Below, in pieces: positions 1 through 13,092 of a stretch of 64,000 bases of DNA (the first letter of the stretch is position 1; every line of letters starts with the position of its first letter). The stretch covers positions 204,972,001 to 205,036,000 of the forward strand of contig OZ024741.1 of the NCBI GenBank assembly GCA_964016885.1, in the 5' to 3' direction. The position numbers were made by a program, and so were the translations under genes. Below the pieces are notes generated by a model that had not been told where the DNA came from, did not search any database, and saw nothing but the letters and a program-made list of their open reading frames with translations. Source of the stretch: Eledone cirrhosa. Taxonomy: Eukaryota.

Positions 1-384
1 TTCAAAGGACCTGCCACACTAACTAACTTCACTGACTTTCTGCTCCACCAATGAAACAATGGGTGTATGCTAATTAGTAGGATTTGCTAGGGTGGTGAGT
101 GGGAGAGGAGGGTTGATTTCTAATAGCATGGGGGTACTACTAGGGAGTTATGATTGATGTATTAAGTTTTAAGAGGGATGGGGTGGATCATAGATAGAGT
201 GGAGTGGGGCTGTACAGTGATGGTAAAAATAGCTACTAAGGAGCAATAGTAGTGGGGGCACGAATGAGTTAGGTCACATCCATTAAGCTGGTAGATGAGT
301 CTTCTATACTGCATATTCTTATCACAAATATGAATTTTTAGAAAGGGGAAAAGGAAATTATTATGTCAAATTAATAACCAACAA

Positions 385-830
385 TCGCCCTAGTACTGCT
401 GGGGACATGATAAAATGCACCCAGTATATTCTGTGAAGTGATTGGTGTCATGGACATCCAACCATAAAAAGTATGCCAAAAAAGGTTGAGTGAAATCTTC
501 AGTCACTACACAAAAGCCTCTCTAGTGCTGGTGCTATGAAAATGCACCTAGTACACTCTGTAAAGTGTAGAACCCCCCCCCCCCCCAATAAAGACTGAGA
601 AGATGCTTCAGTTGTGTTAAGAGCATGATAACTTCTCTAGTGTTGGAAACACGATAAAACATACCAAGTAACTCTGTAAAGTAGTTAGTGATAGGAAGGG
701 CATCCAGCTATATTAAACTTACCAAAGGATTGAGAAAACTCTTCAGTCATGTTAAAGTCATGACAACTAAACTAATATTGATGCCATGGTAAAATACACC
801 CAGTATACTCTGTTAAGTGTGAGAACATCC
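385..830 (+). repeat. Degenerate tandem array (~115-135 bp units) related to the RTE 3' UTR repeat
   Basis: Motif gataaaatgcacccagtac(a)ctctgtaaagtg recurs about four times; same motif as in the RTE 3' UTR copies at 32.4, 43.6, 46.3 and 57.1 kb. Confidence 0.6.
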
Positions 831-1655
831 ATAAGCGAAATGTACCCGAAAGTTAGAAAGGAAGTATTATTAGGAGAATGCGAATCACTTTTTTGGGAGA
901 AGTGGTGTATGAGTTAGGTTGTGCGAATGAGTGCCCCATTTCTGTTCTGGCCACTTCTCAAGTGTTCAGTTTCTTAGTGCCACGTAACCTGATAGAACTG
1001 ACGATAAAAATTCCCTGATAGTGTTCATTAACATTTCTATTAAAAATGGAATGGTGAATAAAGGTGGTAATTAAGTGCTATAGTTTATCTAGTATTCATA
1101 GATTAGAGTAAATTCTTGGGTCAAATTCTCACTCCCTACATATGTTGTCTTGGGCCAAGCCCTTGCCTCCATAGAGAGGGCTCGTCAGTCATGCCAATGA
1201 CCAACAACTTCCCTATTGCTGTTACCACAATAAAATATATTCAGTACAACACTGTAAAGTATGTAAACAATGTGTTACCCCCAACACACACAACCCATCT
1301 GATTGAATACTCACTTGGTCTGTACCATGGAAAACAGATGTTAAATTTATCAATATTTTATTTCAGGAATATATCATGGGAATACAGTTTAATATAAAAA
1401 GAAAAAAAGAAAATTTAGATTGAGAAGAATGAAATGTAAAATAAGAAAATATAAAAAAAAAATGGGAAGGGGAGGGAATGGCAAGAACTCTAGTGTCACA
1501 GAAGAATGGGGATGGGGAAGGGTAGGAGAATTGGGCTCTGGGCCTAGGCTGTGGCGGTAGAGGGGTTGCGTCCGGCGGACAAGACTACATGATGATGTTA
1601 CATATATAATCAGGTTCCAGTGGAAGGAGTTAGTGAAATCACAAGTAGGAGAATA

Positions 1656-2335
1656 ACTTCTTCGCCCACTTATTTGTGAGAGGGTCGTGTGGGCAGAGTC
1701 CTCACACTCCTTCCAGCGGGTCCTCTCAGAAGCAACTGTCACCAACTTTTTCGACTGGCTCCCCAAGTGAGACCAGCCAAGCTCATGGATGTTATCCAAC
1801 CAACTTGATCGGCGTCTACCCCTGGGTCTGTTGCTGGTTGGTTTTACTCATAAAATCTGTCTAGCGATTCTTTCCTGAGACATTCTAACCACATGCTCAT
1901 ACTATCGGAGCTGTGATCTTTCAATTCAGGGAAGTAACAGTCCTCCCTGGAGTGACTCTCTGATCTCCAAGCTTTGCACTCTGTCGAGTAACGTTACTCC
2001 AAAGACACTTTCGAGGAACCCTATTTCGGCTGCTTGTATTTGCGATCATATTCTTTCGGTCATTACCCAAGATTCATGACCATAGGTAAGGGTTGGCACG
2101 AATACCGAATTGAAGATAGCGAGTTTGGTTTTTACACCTACCTTCCTTCTTCTGATTACTGAATACTAAAGTTGGCGCATGAATACACCAGTTTCTGCAA
2201 TTCTTATACTTAATTCAGTCTCATGCCTTCTACCCATGAACACAGCCCTTAGATACTTGAACTTATCCACCTGCTTCAGTGGATATCCATTCATATGTAA
2301 TACCAGATTGGTGACTGGTGCAAATAAGATCACCA
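1656..2335 (-). mobile_element. RTE-clade LINE (Expander-like family), 3' fragment
   Basis: Minus-strand LKQVDKFKYL, PTLTYGHESWVMTER and LGWSHLG motifs; matches copies at 16.6-17.5 kb and 25.6-26.9 kb. Confidence 0.85.
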
Positions 2336-2559
2336 AAACTGCAATATGGTGAGAAGAATGAAAAAGAACCATATTGCATCATCATTCACGCAGGTTAGCA
2401 AGGGACGTATTTAGGCCTTTGGTAGAGGGGCTTGTTCGAAAAATATATTGCAGTCTCCATTTCATTCTGCAAAAACTGGCGATGGGCCTGCAACCTGTCC
2501 TGAGAGGCATAGGATGGATGCACAGAGATTGCATATCCTGAGACCCCAAAGAGGGTTCG

Positions 2560-3285
2560 GAAGGAAGCAAACCATAACAGTTGGAACCTGAAATATCACA
2601 ACCCTTACAGCTAAGAAGCAAGAACTAGTGGATGAGGCTAGATGCTACTGGCTAGATATAGTTGGGGTTTTCTCAATAAAGTTTCATGGCTCTGATACTG
2701 TAGATTTGGATGGTGGATGGAAACTCCACTATACAGGTGTGGTGCCAGAAATGACTGCACAGGCAGAAGTGGGGATACTCACAAGCCCCCACTGTCAGAA
2801 TGTGTTGTGGACTGGATCTTAGGAGGGAGAATTTGTCTCTTGAAGCTTAGGCTGAAAGATAGGTTGCTGTGGCTGGTGCAAGTTTATGCACCAAACAAGG
2901 AGTCCGAATACAGGTCCTTCCTTGATGAAGTCACTGCAACATTAAATCTAGTTATGACCGAGTTGTATATCCTGATGGGAAACTTTAATGCACATGTTGG
3001 TATTGACCACCTGATATGAAAAGGAGTGACTGGAAGGGACAGCGGCCTTGATCTAAATATGAATGGAGAGGCCTTATTAGACTTCTGTTCTAGTAATGGA
3101 TTCTCCATAATGAACACCTCCTTCCAACACAGAGATTGAGATTGTCATAAATATACATGGTTTAAGGGGAATCAGGAACAGAGTCAATAATTGATTTTGT
3201 TATTGTCTCTGATCTCTTCGCTTCTGTGCTGGATGTTCATGTTCATAAGAGAGGGGCTAAGTTGTCAACTGATAACCATCTAGAA
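2560..3285 (+). mobile_element. RTE-clade LINE AP-endonuclease fragment (degenerate)
   Basis: APE motifs VGTWNITTL, GILTSP, VYAPN, GNFNAHVG, SIMNTSFQH, IIDFVIV and TDNHL, with stops and frameshifts. Confidence 0.85.
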
Positions 3286-3363
3286 ATTCATTTGTGTAGA
3301 TCAAATATGGAATTAGCAGCTGCTCAGATCTGACATACTTACTAGCTCGGAAAAGGAAGCCCT

Positions 3364-3365
<2 letters not shown>

Positions 3366-3396
<31 letters not shown>

Positions 3397-4176
3397 GTTT
3401 AACGTCCATTTTCCACGCTAGCATGGGTCTGGACAGGAATTTTCCCACTTGAAGCAAGAGCAAGATTGGTTGTCTTGCTCAGGACTGTCTGGTGGATTTT
3501 CTATGGCTGGATGCCCTTCCTAACACCAACCACGTTTACAGTGTGGACTGAGAGGCTTTTACCGTGTTACCTACACGGCCACATTACAGCGTGGACTGTG
3601 TGTTTTATTGTCGTGACACCTACACGTCTGGCGGGTTTTCTACAGCTGGGTGCCCTTCCCAACACCAACCACGTTTACAGTGTGGACTGGGAGGTTTTTA
3701 CCGTGTTACCTACATGGCCACATGACAGCGTGGACTGTGTTTTATTGTCGTGACACCTACACGTCTGGCGGGTTTTCTACGGCTGGGTGCCCTTCCCAAC
3801 ACCAACCACGTTTACAGTGTGGACTGGGAGGTTTTTACCGTGTTACCTACACGGCCACATTACAGCGTGGACTGTGTGTTTTATTGTCGTGACACCTACA
3901 CGTCCGGCGGGTTTTCTACGGCTGGGTGCCCTTCCCAACACCAACCACGTTTACAGTGTGGACTGGGAGGTTTTTACCGTGTTACCTACACGGCCACATT
4001 ACAGCGTGGACTGTGTGTTTTTTTGTTGTGACACCTACATGACCTCATTTGTTTTGGACTGGATGTTGTGGTACCAACATAACTTCACATTGAAGGGGGT
4101 GGTGTGGATGGGGTGGGGGTAGTGGGACGGGGTGTATTTTGTTAGAGGTGCCTACTGACTGTAGGTTTCGCTTTGT
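3366..4176 (-). mobile_element. 3' UTR-only copy of the RTE-PHD LINE family with (GAT)n tail
   Basis: (CAT)10 at 3366-3396 followed by gtttaacgtccattttccacgctagcatggg; 4040-4176 is the reverse complement of the sequence after the RTE stop codon at ~56.53 kb and ~63.67 kb. Confidence 0.85.
3487..4040. repeat. Tandem repeat, 4 x 137-139 bp
   Basis: Near-identical units start at 3487, 3626, 3763 and 3902. Confidence 0.95.
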
Positions 4177-4562
4177 TATATGTTTCCCATAATATAATGT
4201 AATTTTGGTTATGTAATGAATATGTAAGATTATCAGAAATTGTATGTAATGTATAGCAAGTTTTTTTTCTAAGAGCAGTTAGACCATCACCGTTGCCTTA
4301 ACTTGTACTTTACACACATTTGATTCTCTACAAGAAATGGCACTCGGCCATTTCTAACAGACAAATAGTAACACACTCATTAGATGAAAACAATTAATCT
4401 CTCTTATTCAAGTACTATGTTTGTTTGGAAAGGTGCCAAACATTATAGCAATTTTTTCAACTTCTGTTTGTTTGGAAAAAGTAGACGTTAAATGTAAGTT
4501 TTTGTAGTTATAATGATAATGATGATGATGGTAAGAATAATCGCCATGGTGGTGGTGTGATG

Positions 4563-7282
4563 GTCTATGTTTGTTCAAATTTTTCAGTAATTCCTTGTGT
4601 TGATTTGAACGAATCACAAGAAGTTTTTTTCTGTGACATATGTATGACCATGTCAACACTTCTGCTTGGTGTTTTGTTTATCCCCCCCCCCCCAACTGCC
4701 ATCAAGACACACAGCTTTGCGATATCCTCAGAGCTGCTGCCAGGAAAACAGCCACTTATGTGTTTATTGCAGGTGACTTCAATCATTCTGAGATCGATTG
4801 GGAAACCTTTCGTTGGCCACAGGGTGCAAACGATTTCCTTGAGCTAGTGCTGGACTCAAACTGGTCACAAGTAGTCACCTCTCCAACAAGAAGTGACAAC
4901 ACTTTGGACCTGCTCTTCACCACTACTCCTGAAGTGGTTATCAGTTGTACTACTGAGGAACCTCTAGCCGACTCTGATCATGCTATGATCATTGCCAATC
5001 TGGCTCTTGCGGGCAGCAACAAAAACCAGAACCATCTCCAATCTGCTTGCTTTGATTGGAAGAAAGCAGATTGGAACTTGTACTGCACTGAGCTACAGCG
5101 CCCAAACTGGCATGAGTTCTATAACTCTGGAGATGTGAACACTGTACTCCAGAGCATCCTGGACGCAATATGGATAGCGTGTGCAGTATCAGTGCCATGT
5201 AAGCAGAAAAAACCCCACCCTAAAAGTTCAATTTGGGAAACTTCAGCAGTCCGACTTGCCAGGAAAGAACGTTGGAATGCTGAACGGGAATATAAACTGC
5301 AAAAATCAGATGCCAACAGAAAAAAGCGGAATAAATCTTCCAACCTTCTCAAGCAAGTGACAAAAAAGGCAGTGCTTGAATTTGAACAGTGCAGAGCAAC
5401 CAATCCTGACAGTAAGGTTTTTCTGGTAATATGTACATTCAAAGCAGAGACCTCACTCTGCAGTTGGTCCTCTTCGCAATCCCCTCACAAGCCAGATCAC
5501 TGACGAATGTGCAGAACTCATTGCTGAGTGCTATGCAAGCCTTTTTACTGTTGAAAACCAGAATGTACCATCTTCACCATCTCTAACATCAAATTCCATA
5601 ACAACTATGGAATTTACACCTGCAATGCTGCGGTGTCACCTTAAGCGCAACTATCCTCCCCTGGTCTTGATGGTGTTACATACCTGCTTCTCAAACGTGG
5701 CGGGTACTTCCTTTTGCACCAGCTTTCTTTCTTCTTTCAATACTGTCTCAACAATGGTGCTACTCCGGAACAGTGGAAATCTGCCAGTGTCATTCCCCTG
5801 TTCAAAAAGGGCGACCGCACGTCACCTGTCAACTATCGTCTAGTCAGTCTTACTAGCTGTATTGCCAAACTGATGGAATCCTGTGTCAGAGAAACACTTT
5901 GGAACTTCTGGAGCTCTCACAGCCTCATCCGGCCCTCGCAATTTGGATTTATCCCTAACTCCAGCTGCTGTGATCAGCTTATCGAGTTCCTTGAAGACAT
6001 TACCCGGATCACTGACAGTGGCTCATGGGTGGGTGGTGTTTACCTTGACTTCGCTAAGGCTTTTAATTCTGTGCCACACAAAAGACTTATGGCAAAACTC
6101 TCTGCAATGGGTGTGAGGGATGATCTTTTTAACCGGTTGAAATCCTTCATTCTCAGCCGAAAAGAGGTAATCACGGTTCTAGGACAGCATTCTTCACCAT
6201 ATGAGATGTCATCTGGTGTACCACAGGGATCTGTTCTTGGTCCCTTTTTGTTTGTTGCATACATTAATGACATAGATGCCAACTTAAAGAAGGTGACAGT
6301 ACTGAAATATGAAGATGATATCAAGCTGTACCTTGAAATCAAAAGGACAGATCCTGAAATCTATAACTCTTTCCTACAATCAGACCTGAACACAATGCAG
6401 CAATGGATCACAGACTGGCAACTGAAGCTGGCTGTGGACAAGTGTACCACCATGCCTTTTCTGAGGAAAAATCCAGCGTCCACATACTCCCTCCACAACA
6501 CTGATATTAAGAAGTCCTCTTGTGAACGTGACCTGGGCATTACTGTCAGCAGCGATTTGTGTTGGACAAAGCACATCTCTAAAATTGTCAAGAAGGCCGA
6601 GGGTGTCTTTGCATCACTCAGCAAGACCTTTGTTAGCCGCTCTCGAGCTATCTATTTAAAGCTGTATACAGCTATGGTACGACCACACTTGGAATTCGCA
6701 TCATCAGTCTGGAACCCCTATCTTGCTCAGAACATTGACCTCCTGGAAACTGTTCAGAGATGTGCAACCAAGTGCATACCCTCCATCAGACACCTACCAT
6801 ACTCTGAACGCCTTGCTTCCCTGGGCATGGATTCATTGAAGCTCCGACGTCTGGCAATGGACTTGGTGAATACCCACAAAGTTATTAACCATCTCGCTAA
6901 CAACAACCCTGAGCACCTTTTTGATCTCCATGTGTCTAACACACATAGACATGCCTACAAAGTCAGAAAACAGCACAGCTCCCATGACTTTCGGAAACAT
7001 TTTTTCACGCTTAGAGTTGCTGAAGCATGGAACAAACTACCTGCATCAGTTGTTAGCTGCCGAGACACTGCATCCTTTAAAACCCTCATGCTTCCCGAAA
7101 TTCGCCAAAACTACACCTGATGTCCCCCTTCCATACACATGCACACATGTGTATATCATGCTCATGCACTATTCACTTCCCTGACATTTGTATATTATTC
7201 TATGTACTATACATGCACCTTTGACGAGTTGTAGTGCACCTGAGCACTGTACACAATATTTTCATTATTATCATTATTATAT
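4563..7282 (+). mobile_element. CR1/L2-group LINE, 5'-truncated (APE fragment + RT), disrupted
   Basis: AGDFNH, TRSDNTLDL and SDH endonuclease motifs; RT motifs YLDFAKAF, QGSVLGP, YEDD (YADD mutated), ERDLGI and RPHLEFASSVWNP; stop at 7120; (ATT)n-like tail at ~7265-7282. Confidence 0.9.
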
Positions 7283-7306
7283 AATGAATTTTCTTTTTAT
7301 ATTTAC

Positions 7307-8222
7307 TTAATCCATTCATTATCATATTTCTAAAAGAATATACTGCCTATCCTTTCAAGTTACATTTGAAAAATATAAATAAATAAAATTGGAGGATTTA
7401 TAAATGCTATAAGATGGTGTTTGAAACAATTTAAAATATTCTAAGATAAAATCATGTTGGAAAAGTTTAGTTCAAACGAGCAGAATGGCCCGGCGTTGCT
7501 CGGGATTCTAAACATAGATTGGCATGTTTATCCCTCCTTTCTGAAACATTACAGAGAAGTACAGAATACCTCGGCCTCGGGATGGTGTCTACATTTTGTG
7601 CTTATAAAAAAATTTGTCGTAGATTACCAGGGGCAATGAACGGAAAATAGCGAAGATAATACGTCAGCAATGAGAACAATATTTGCTCTAGGGTTCTTAT
7701 ATATTTGATATATATTTATCCTTATCGAGCCTCGTGAAATAAATACGTTTGTTTATATTTTGTTATTGTGTATGCAAAAATATCTGTACACGAATATATA
7801 ATTATATATATATATATATTAAAATAACAGATTAAAGTTTAAGCAAAGAATCGCTGCTTTCATCCTTAGTGTCATAATGTCGTAATGCAGACAGCCAGAT
7901 GCATACAGACAGATATTATAAGGGCGCGACGTTGTAACTATGTATCTATCTAAAACGACAGACTAAGAAAGACAGAGAGAGATCGCTAAATCGCCTACTG
8001 CGGTCCCTAGGGCATTGAAAATTTGAAATACTTTTTGCTCAAAACACTCACAGGACCATAAATATTACATGTGTAAAGTTTGAAAAAATTCGGTTGGGTG
8101 ATTCTCGAGTTTTAGGGAGACAGGCAGACATTCTCTGTTTTAGATATAAGCATTTTAAAATGGGTAGTTTCATGTCATAGAACCAAATATAGTTTTGGGC
8201 GAGTTGATATCAGAAGGGTTAA
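7307..8222 (+). mobile_element. piggyBac-type MITE (family B) split by a Helitron-like insert
   Basis: TTAA-flanked ends ttaatccattcatt...cagaagggttaa; the two halves are colinear with uninterrupted copies at 35320-35542 and 59337-59562. Confidence 0.6.
7475..8150 (+). mobile_element. Helitron/Helentron-derived non-autonomous element (Lep1/DINE-1-like)
   Basis: Starts acgagcagaatggcccggcgttgctcggg, contains cagac repeats and ends gacaggcagacattctctgttttagatataag; interrupts a MITE. Confidence 0.55.
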
Positions 8223-8739
8223 TCTATTTTTTTTCACTTTTTTAAAAACTTTTTTCTATTTATATCATGAGTCCAGAATTGAAAGATTTGAATAGCACTG
8301 ATTTTGTTAAGTTTCGGTTTGAAATAATCTTATTTGTGTGTGTATGTATCTATGTATGTATGTATGCATGTATGTATGTATGTCAGGTCGCTCTTCAGTG
8401 CTACTGGTAACATGTAACCCAGTACAACCTGTGCATGGTTAGATCATCAGCAACTAAACTAGCAACCCCACCAAGTTTGCTTGGTGAGGAGGGTGATTTT
8501 GGACACCCTGTGGGATGAAAAACAAAACCCATCAAAGGGCAGAGGAACTCAGGAGAGTCAACAGCCATCCAGATCACCATTAATGTTAAAGTTTCCAGTA
8601 ACATTAAGCAGATTGCGACTCCTTATATCCATCTCACTCAGTTCTTATAATAACCTGTGGCATTAGGATGGGCACAGTAAAAGTATTATGGGCAATGTGC
8701 TTGTTGTGCACAGAGAACTCTGATGACCATATTTTTGTA

Positions 8740-10385
8740 ACTCTCCTGAGGTAAAGCGATAAATGGTACGCTGCTTTCCAAGGGTGAAGAAAAGTTAGTC
8801 AGATGGGCTGAACATTTCAAGGAAGTCCTCAACCGACCGGAGCCACGTATGCCAGTAGTCACTAAGGAACCTACTAGTTTGTTACCTATCAATACTGATA
8901 ACTTCACCGAGAAGGAAGTCCGCATGGCCATTAAAACCCTTAAGAATAACAAGTCACCAGGTATGCATGGCATTTCTGCTGAAATGCTGAAGTCAGGAGG
9001 CGAAAGCATGGTCAAGTGGATGGGCCACTTATGTAATCTTGTGTGGAACACGAGTGAAGTCCCAGAAGACTGGAGAAACGAAATGGAGCAGTTGTCTGTA
9101 TCCCCAAGAAGGGCAACCTTGCCAATTGTGACAACTGGAGGGGAGTGACACTTCTCTCCATTCTTGGGAAGGTCTATTGTCTAGTGATCCTGAACCGCAT
9201 GCATGGCATGGTAGACCGGGAACTGCGAGAACAACAGGTAGGGTTCTGACCAAAACGTTCCTGTGCAGAGCAGATCTTTACACTACGCCGCATCATTGAG
9301 AGGTACAACGAATTCCAGAGGCCCCTCGCCATCAGCTTCATCGATTTCTCCAAAGCATTTGATAGCATTCATGAGTATGGTCTGCCCCAGAAAGTCATTT
9401 CGGCAATCAAACAGATTTACGCAAACTCCAAGTGCTGCATACGGACAGAGGATGGTTACAGTGACTGGTTTGAGGTGGTTACTGGCGTGCGTCAAGGTTG
9501 CTCGCTCTCTCCAATTCTCTTTGGCATAGCCATTGACTGGGTACTAAGAAGAGCGTCTAAAGACCAGTGTATATCTTGGGTGGGAGAGCAAAAGTTGTCT
9601 GACCTGGACTTTGCGGACGATATTGCTGCACTTGCATATCAATTGCAATATCAATGTCGAAGCAGGAAGCTTAGGTCTCAAGTGCCAAGAAGACTAAAAA
9701 GACCAAAAGCATGTTATCTGGGACACACCCACCACCAACCAGTGTCTTCATTGAACAGTGGGAGGTGGAGATAGTGGACAACTTCACCTACCTAGGAAGC
9801 TCCATTAACAATGAGTGCACCATGGACAGTGAACTGCAATGTAGAATGGGAAAGGCTTCAGCAGCATTTAACCAGCTTGACAAGATCTGGAAGAGCAGGA
9901 AGTTCACCCTCAAAACAAAGATGAGATTCTACAACAGCAACGTGCTGTCCACACTCTTGTACAGAAGTGAAACATGGCATCTTAAGACCAGCCAAGAGAA
10001 GAAGTTGGACATATTCGATTCCAGATGTCTGCGAAAGATCCTGGGGATTAAATGGAGTGATCATGTAACAAACCAGGAAGTCAGGAACCGCACCAACCAG
10101 CAGCTAGTCTCTTCTACCATCTGCAAGCGACGGCTGGGCTGGTTTGGACACGCTTTGAGACTTCCCCCGGAGAGACTGGTGAACCAAGTACTTAAATGGA
10201 GCCCGCAGGGAAGCAGACGGAGAGGGCGACCCAAAATGAACTGGTGCCAGACAGTTGAGAGGGACCTGCGAGCGACACACAGACAATGGTGGGATGCTGT
10301 GCAACTGGCTGCTGACCGAACGTGATGGAACACTATTATTGCCTCATGCATTGCAAGACGCGGGAGCTTCTGAGTCTGAGTCTGC
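8740..10385 (+). mobile_element. RTE (BovB-like) LINE, 5'-truncated, degenerate RT
   Basis: RWAEHFKEVLNRP, KSPG..GISAEMLK, IDFSKAFDS, RQGCSLSP, DLDFADD, FTYLGS and GSRRRGRPK motifs; (TCTGAG)n tail at ~10369-10384. Confidence 0.9.
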
Positions 10386-10759
10386 CTGAGGTAATCATTC
10401 CTGGTCCTCTCTGTTCATTTTTAGGTTTACAGAGGAGGGCACAACTTTTCCACATTTTATCGTAAAAAATGCTTACTTGGACTTACCAAATTTTATTTCA
10501 ATGTCTGTAAAAAATTGGGTATTGAATTACAATTGTTTTGCTTTTTTTGTGTGTGGTTGATATTTGGCCTATCAGTTTCAGATCATTGACAAAGATGGGA
10601 CATACTTCTGGTTCCATTTTTATGGCCACTATGATTCCTGGACCATGCATTATGTTCTTGAGCAAGACACTTTATTTCATGTTGCTCCTTCTATCTGGAG
10701 TTGCGACTGACAGATAGTACTAGCAACTGGAAAGACCAACGAAAACACTGTTTCCTCGG

Positions 10760-11340
10760 TCCGATTTGACGAAAGTCGATTGATCCTATGTTTTGTGAGC
10801 AGGTATGATAATGGGTTTAATGAGAAGACGAAGAACAACATGGACAAACTTTCACCCACTCAATTTGCTTGTTATGACCCATATGGAGCAAAATAGTGTT
10901 CCAAGTCTTGGTCAGGCATTTGATAGCAGCTGCATGTAGTAATGGGACTTTGGCTAATTGTAAAGGCTTGATAATCCACTTGTGTAGTATACTATCAAAA
11001 GCCTTCTGTTAGTCCAGCCACTCTACAGTCAAGTTCCTGTGATTCTTTACTATTTTTTCCTGGATCATTTTGTTAATTAGTAGCTGTTCTATACAGCCCC
11101 ACACCTCCTTCTTTCCCCCAGCTTTCTCAGGTGTTATAATATTCTGGCAGGGTATTGGGCAGGGATTTTTTAGCAAGGCTGGTTTGGCAATTTTGATGAA
11201 TAAGGAGTTCATGTGTGCCCTTGGTACTTTCTCCATACAACCATATGAAATCTTGCTGATAAAAGGTGAAATTCTTCAGCTAGTAACCTCTTACACCATC
11301 TATTTCATATTTATTTTGCTGAATATGCTGACAGAAGTGT
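10760..11340 (-). mobile_element. R4/Dong-like (RLE-type) retrotransposon RT fragment
   Basis: GGKKEVWGCIEQLLINKMI...WLD*QKAFDS..HKWI and GESLSMLFFVFSLNPLSYLL. Confidence 0.65.
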
Positions 11341-11439
11341 AATGTAAATGTTATGTGAGATATTATGTGAGATAATTATGTGAGATAAAGACTTTACCAT
11401 GAAAATATAATAGTATATATAGATAAATGTCGACCATAC

Positions 11440-13092
11440 TTAAACGTGGAGGGATATGCGATGAACCCCCCCCCCCCCCCAGCCCCACCCACCCCCACCC
11501 CCGCCAGCTCTGGTGGTCAGAATAGAGAAGGCATTTCCTCAGGATGGCAAGGGAGACGCGCTGGAAAAGCCACTCTAACTCGCGGGGCTCACACCTACGG
11601 CTGGCCAGCTCAGCGCCTATGGTGGTGAGTAGGGAGGTAGCCCTAGGGCCGAGGACACCAGAAGTCTCCGCTGCCAGGGGTACAACCGCAAACCTGTCGG
11701 AGAGCGACCGGTATTTGAGGAGTTTGGCCTCCTCAGCCTGACATGCAGCAGAACCTGGGTTAGTCGCAGACTGCACCAGGTTGCGGCTGCAGAAAGTGTC
11801 GGTGCAAGTGGCATCCCAGACGAATGGTTTGCCACCGCGGAACGGGAAGATGGTTATGCCATCTGGCCTTTTGCCATCCTTTCGGTTCAGCCCCACCGGC
11901 TCGAGCTGGGAAAGGTAGCCTGCCACGTCCAAGTCATGCTTTATGACCTCGTTGAGGGCAGCATAGCATGGAAGGCGGCCGGCACTGTGGTGACAGGAAA
12001 GCGGGTAGAGGCCGAAAGAGTCCACGGTGGATCTGCAGTGACACTGGTGTGGCTCGCAGATCCGGAGGCCGAGCCTCAAGGAAACACCGATGCGTGCCAG
12101 TAGAGAAGGAGGGCAGGGCATGGAGCCAAGCACCACTGTGGGGTTTGGAGGCCGCACGAAAACAAGCAAAGCGGTGCTGATCGAGAAAGCACGTAAGTCT
12201 GTCTGAGGCCAGGCTGCACTGGATGGCATCCCAAGTGCTTTGGGGGGACTTGATGTCAACAGGGGGAGAAGGAGGAGGGACGTCTACTGGGCTAAGTCCC
12301 AGCCGGTCCCACGTCTCACAGGTGACCTCACGTTCTCTGAACACAGAGGGTTCTATTGTGTTTAGAAGAACCCTGCTGACGAGGTCGTGGCATGAGGTTA
12401 CCAACGAAAGAAACGCCAGCAAAGCCAGTGAGATTGGGGACCGGCGGACAAGGCTGCTATACCTGACAGGTAAAGTGGCCTGTTGCCATCCAATGTCGTC
12501 AAACTTGACGTTGTATATATCTCCTCGGCTGCTGATCGGATACAAGTATCAAGGTCAGCGAGGAGAGATGTGTGGGTGTAGCACGGAGCACTGCGAAGGG
12601 TGTAGAGGAGCTTCGGCATGGTGAAGCAGTTCCTCAACAGAAAGAGAGCTGGGTGGCCATCGATCAAGCCCAGTCGGCTCGTAAGCGTCTGGAGTTGTTG
12701 AAGCCTGAACCTGATGGTGGAGCGGATGGCCAGTGGGTGGATCGGTGACTCAAGGATGAGGACATTCTCTTTGAGGGTCACCTGTACCTGGTGGAGAATG
12801 GACCGCACGTCCGAGACGGAGGCTGCAAAGCTCTCAGCATTGTGGATGACATTCACCACCTCCAACTTGGCCGAGTTGACCTGGAGGCCGATTCCTGCCA
12901 GGGCAGGAACCACCGATTGTAGGTCATGGCAGACAGTCTGTATGGGCCTGCCCAATGTAGCATCATCCAGATACCAGACATTGAGAGGGGCCGTGATATT
13001 CCGGGCAATGTGATCTATACCAAGGGCAAACAGGAGGGGACCCAAAGGGTCGGCCTGGTGGACCCTTGTGGCCGAAGGCAGTAGTTCTGATC
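11440..13092 (-). mobile_element. CRE-clade non-LTR retrotransposon (RT C-half + Zn knuckle + restriction-like endonuclease), 5'-truncated
   Basis: QADPLGPLLF, WYLDDATL, QATLPVR, SGAWLHALP, LRLG..CEPHQCHC, RPDG...WDATC, AEEAKLLKY and PLAAETSG; GC-rich relative to flanks. Confidence 0.85.

Noticed and set aside
1656-3285. Twin-priming 5' inversion of a single RTE copy
   Set aside because: Most of the RT between the two pieces is missing and no TSD is visible; independent fragments or a later rearrangement are equally likely
3487-4040. CRISPR-like array or repeat-protein ORFs
   Set aside because: Units are near-identical with no unique spacers and no cas genes; it is the VNTR of a LINE 3' UTR
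8383-8700. Possible SINE or LINE 5' UTR-like repeat
   Set aside because: Single copy in the window with no diagnostic motif I can support
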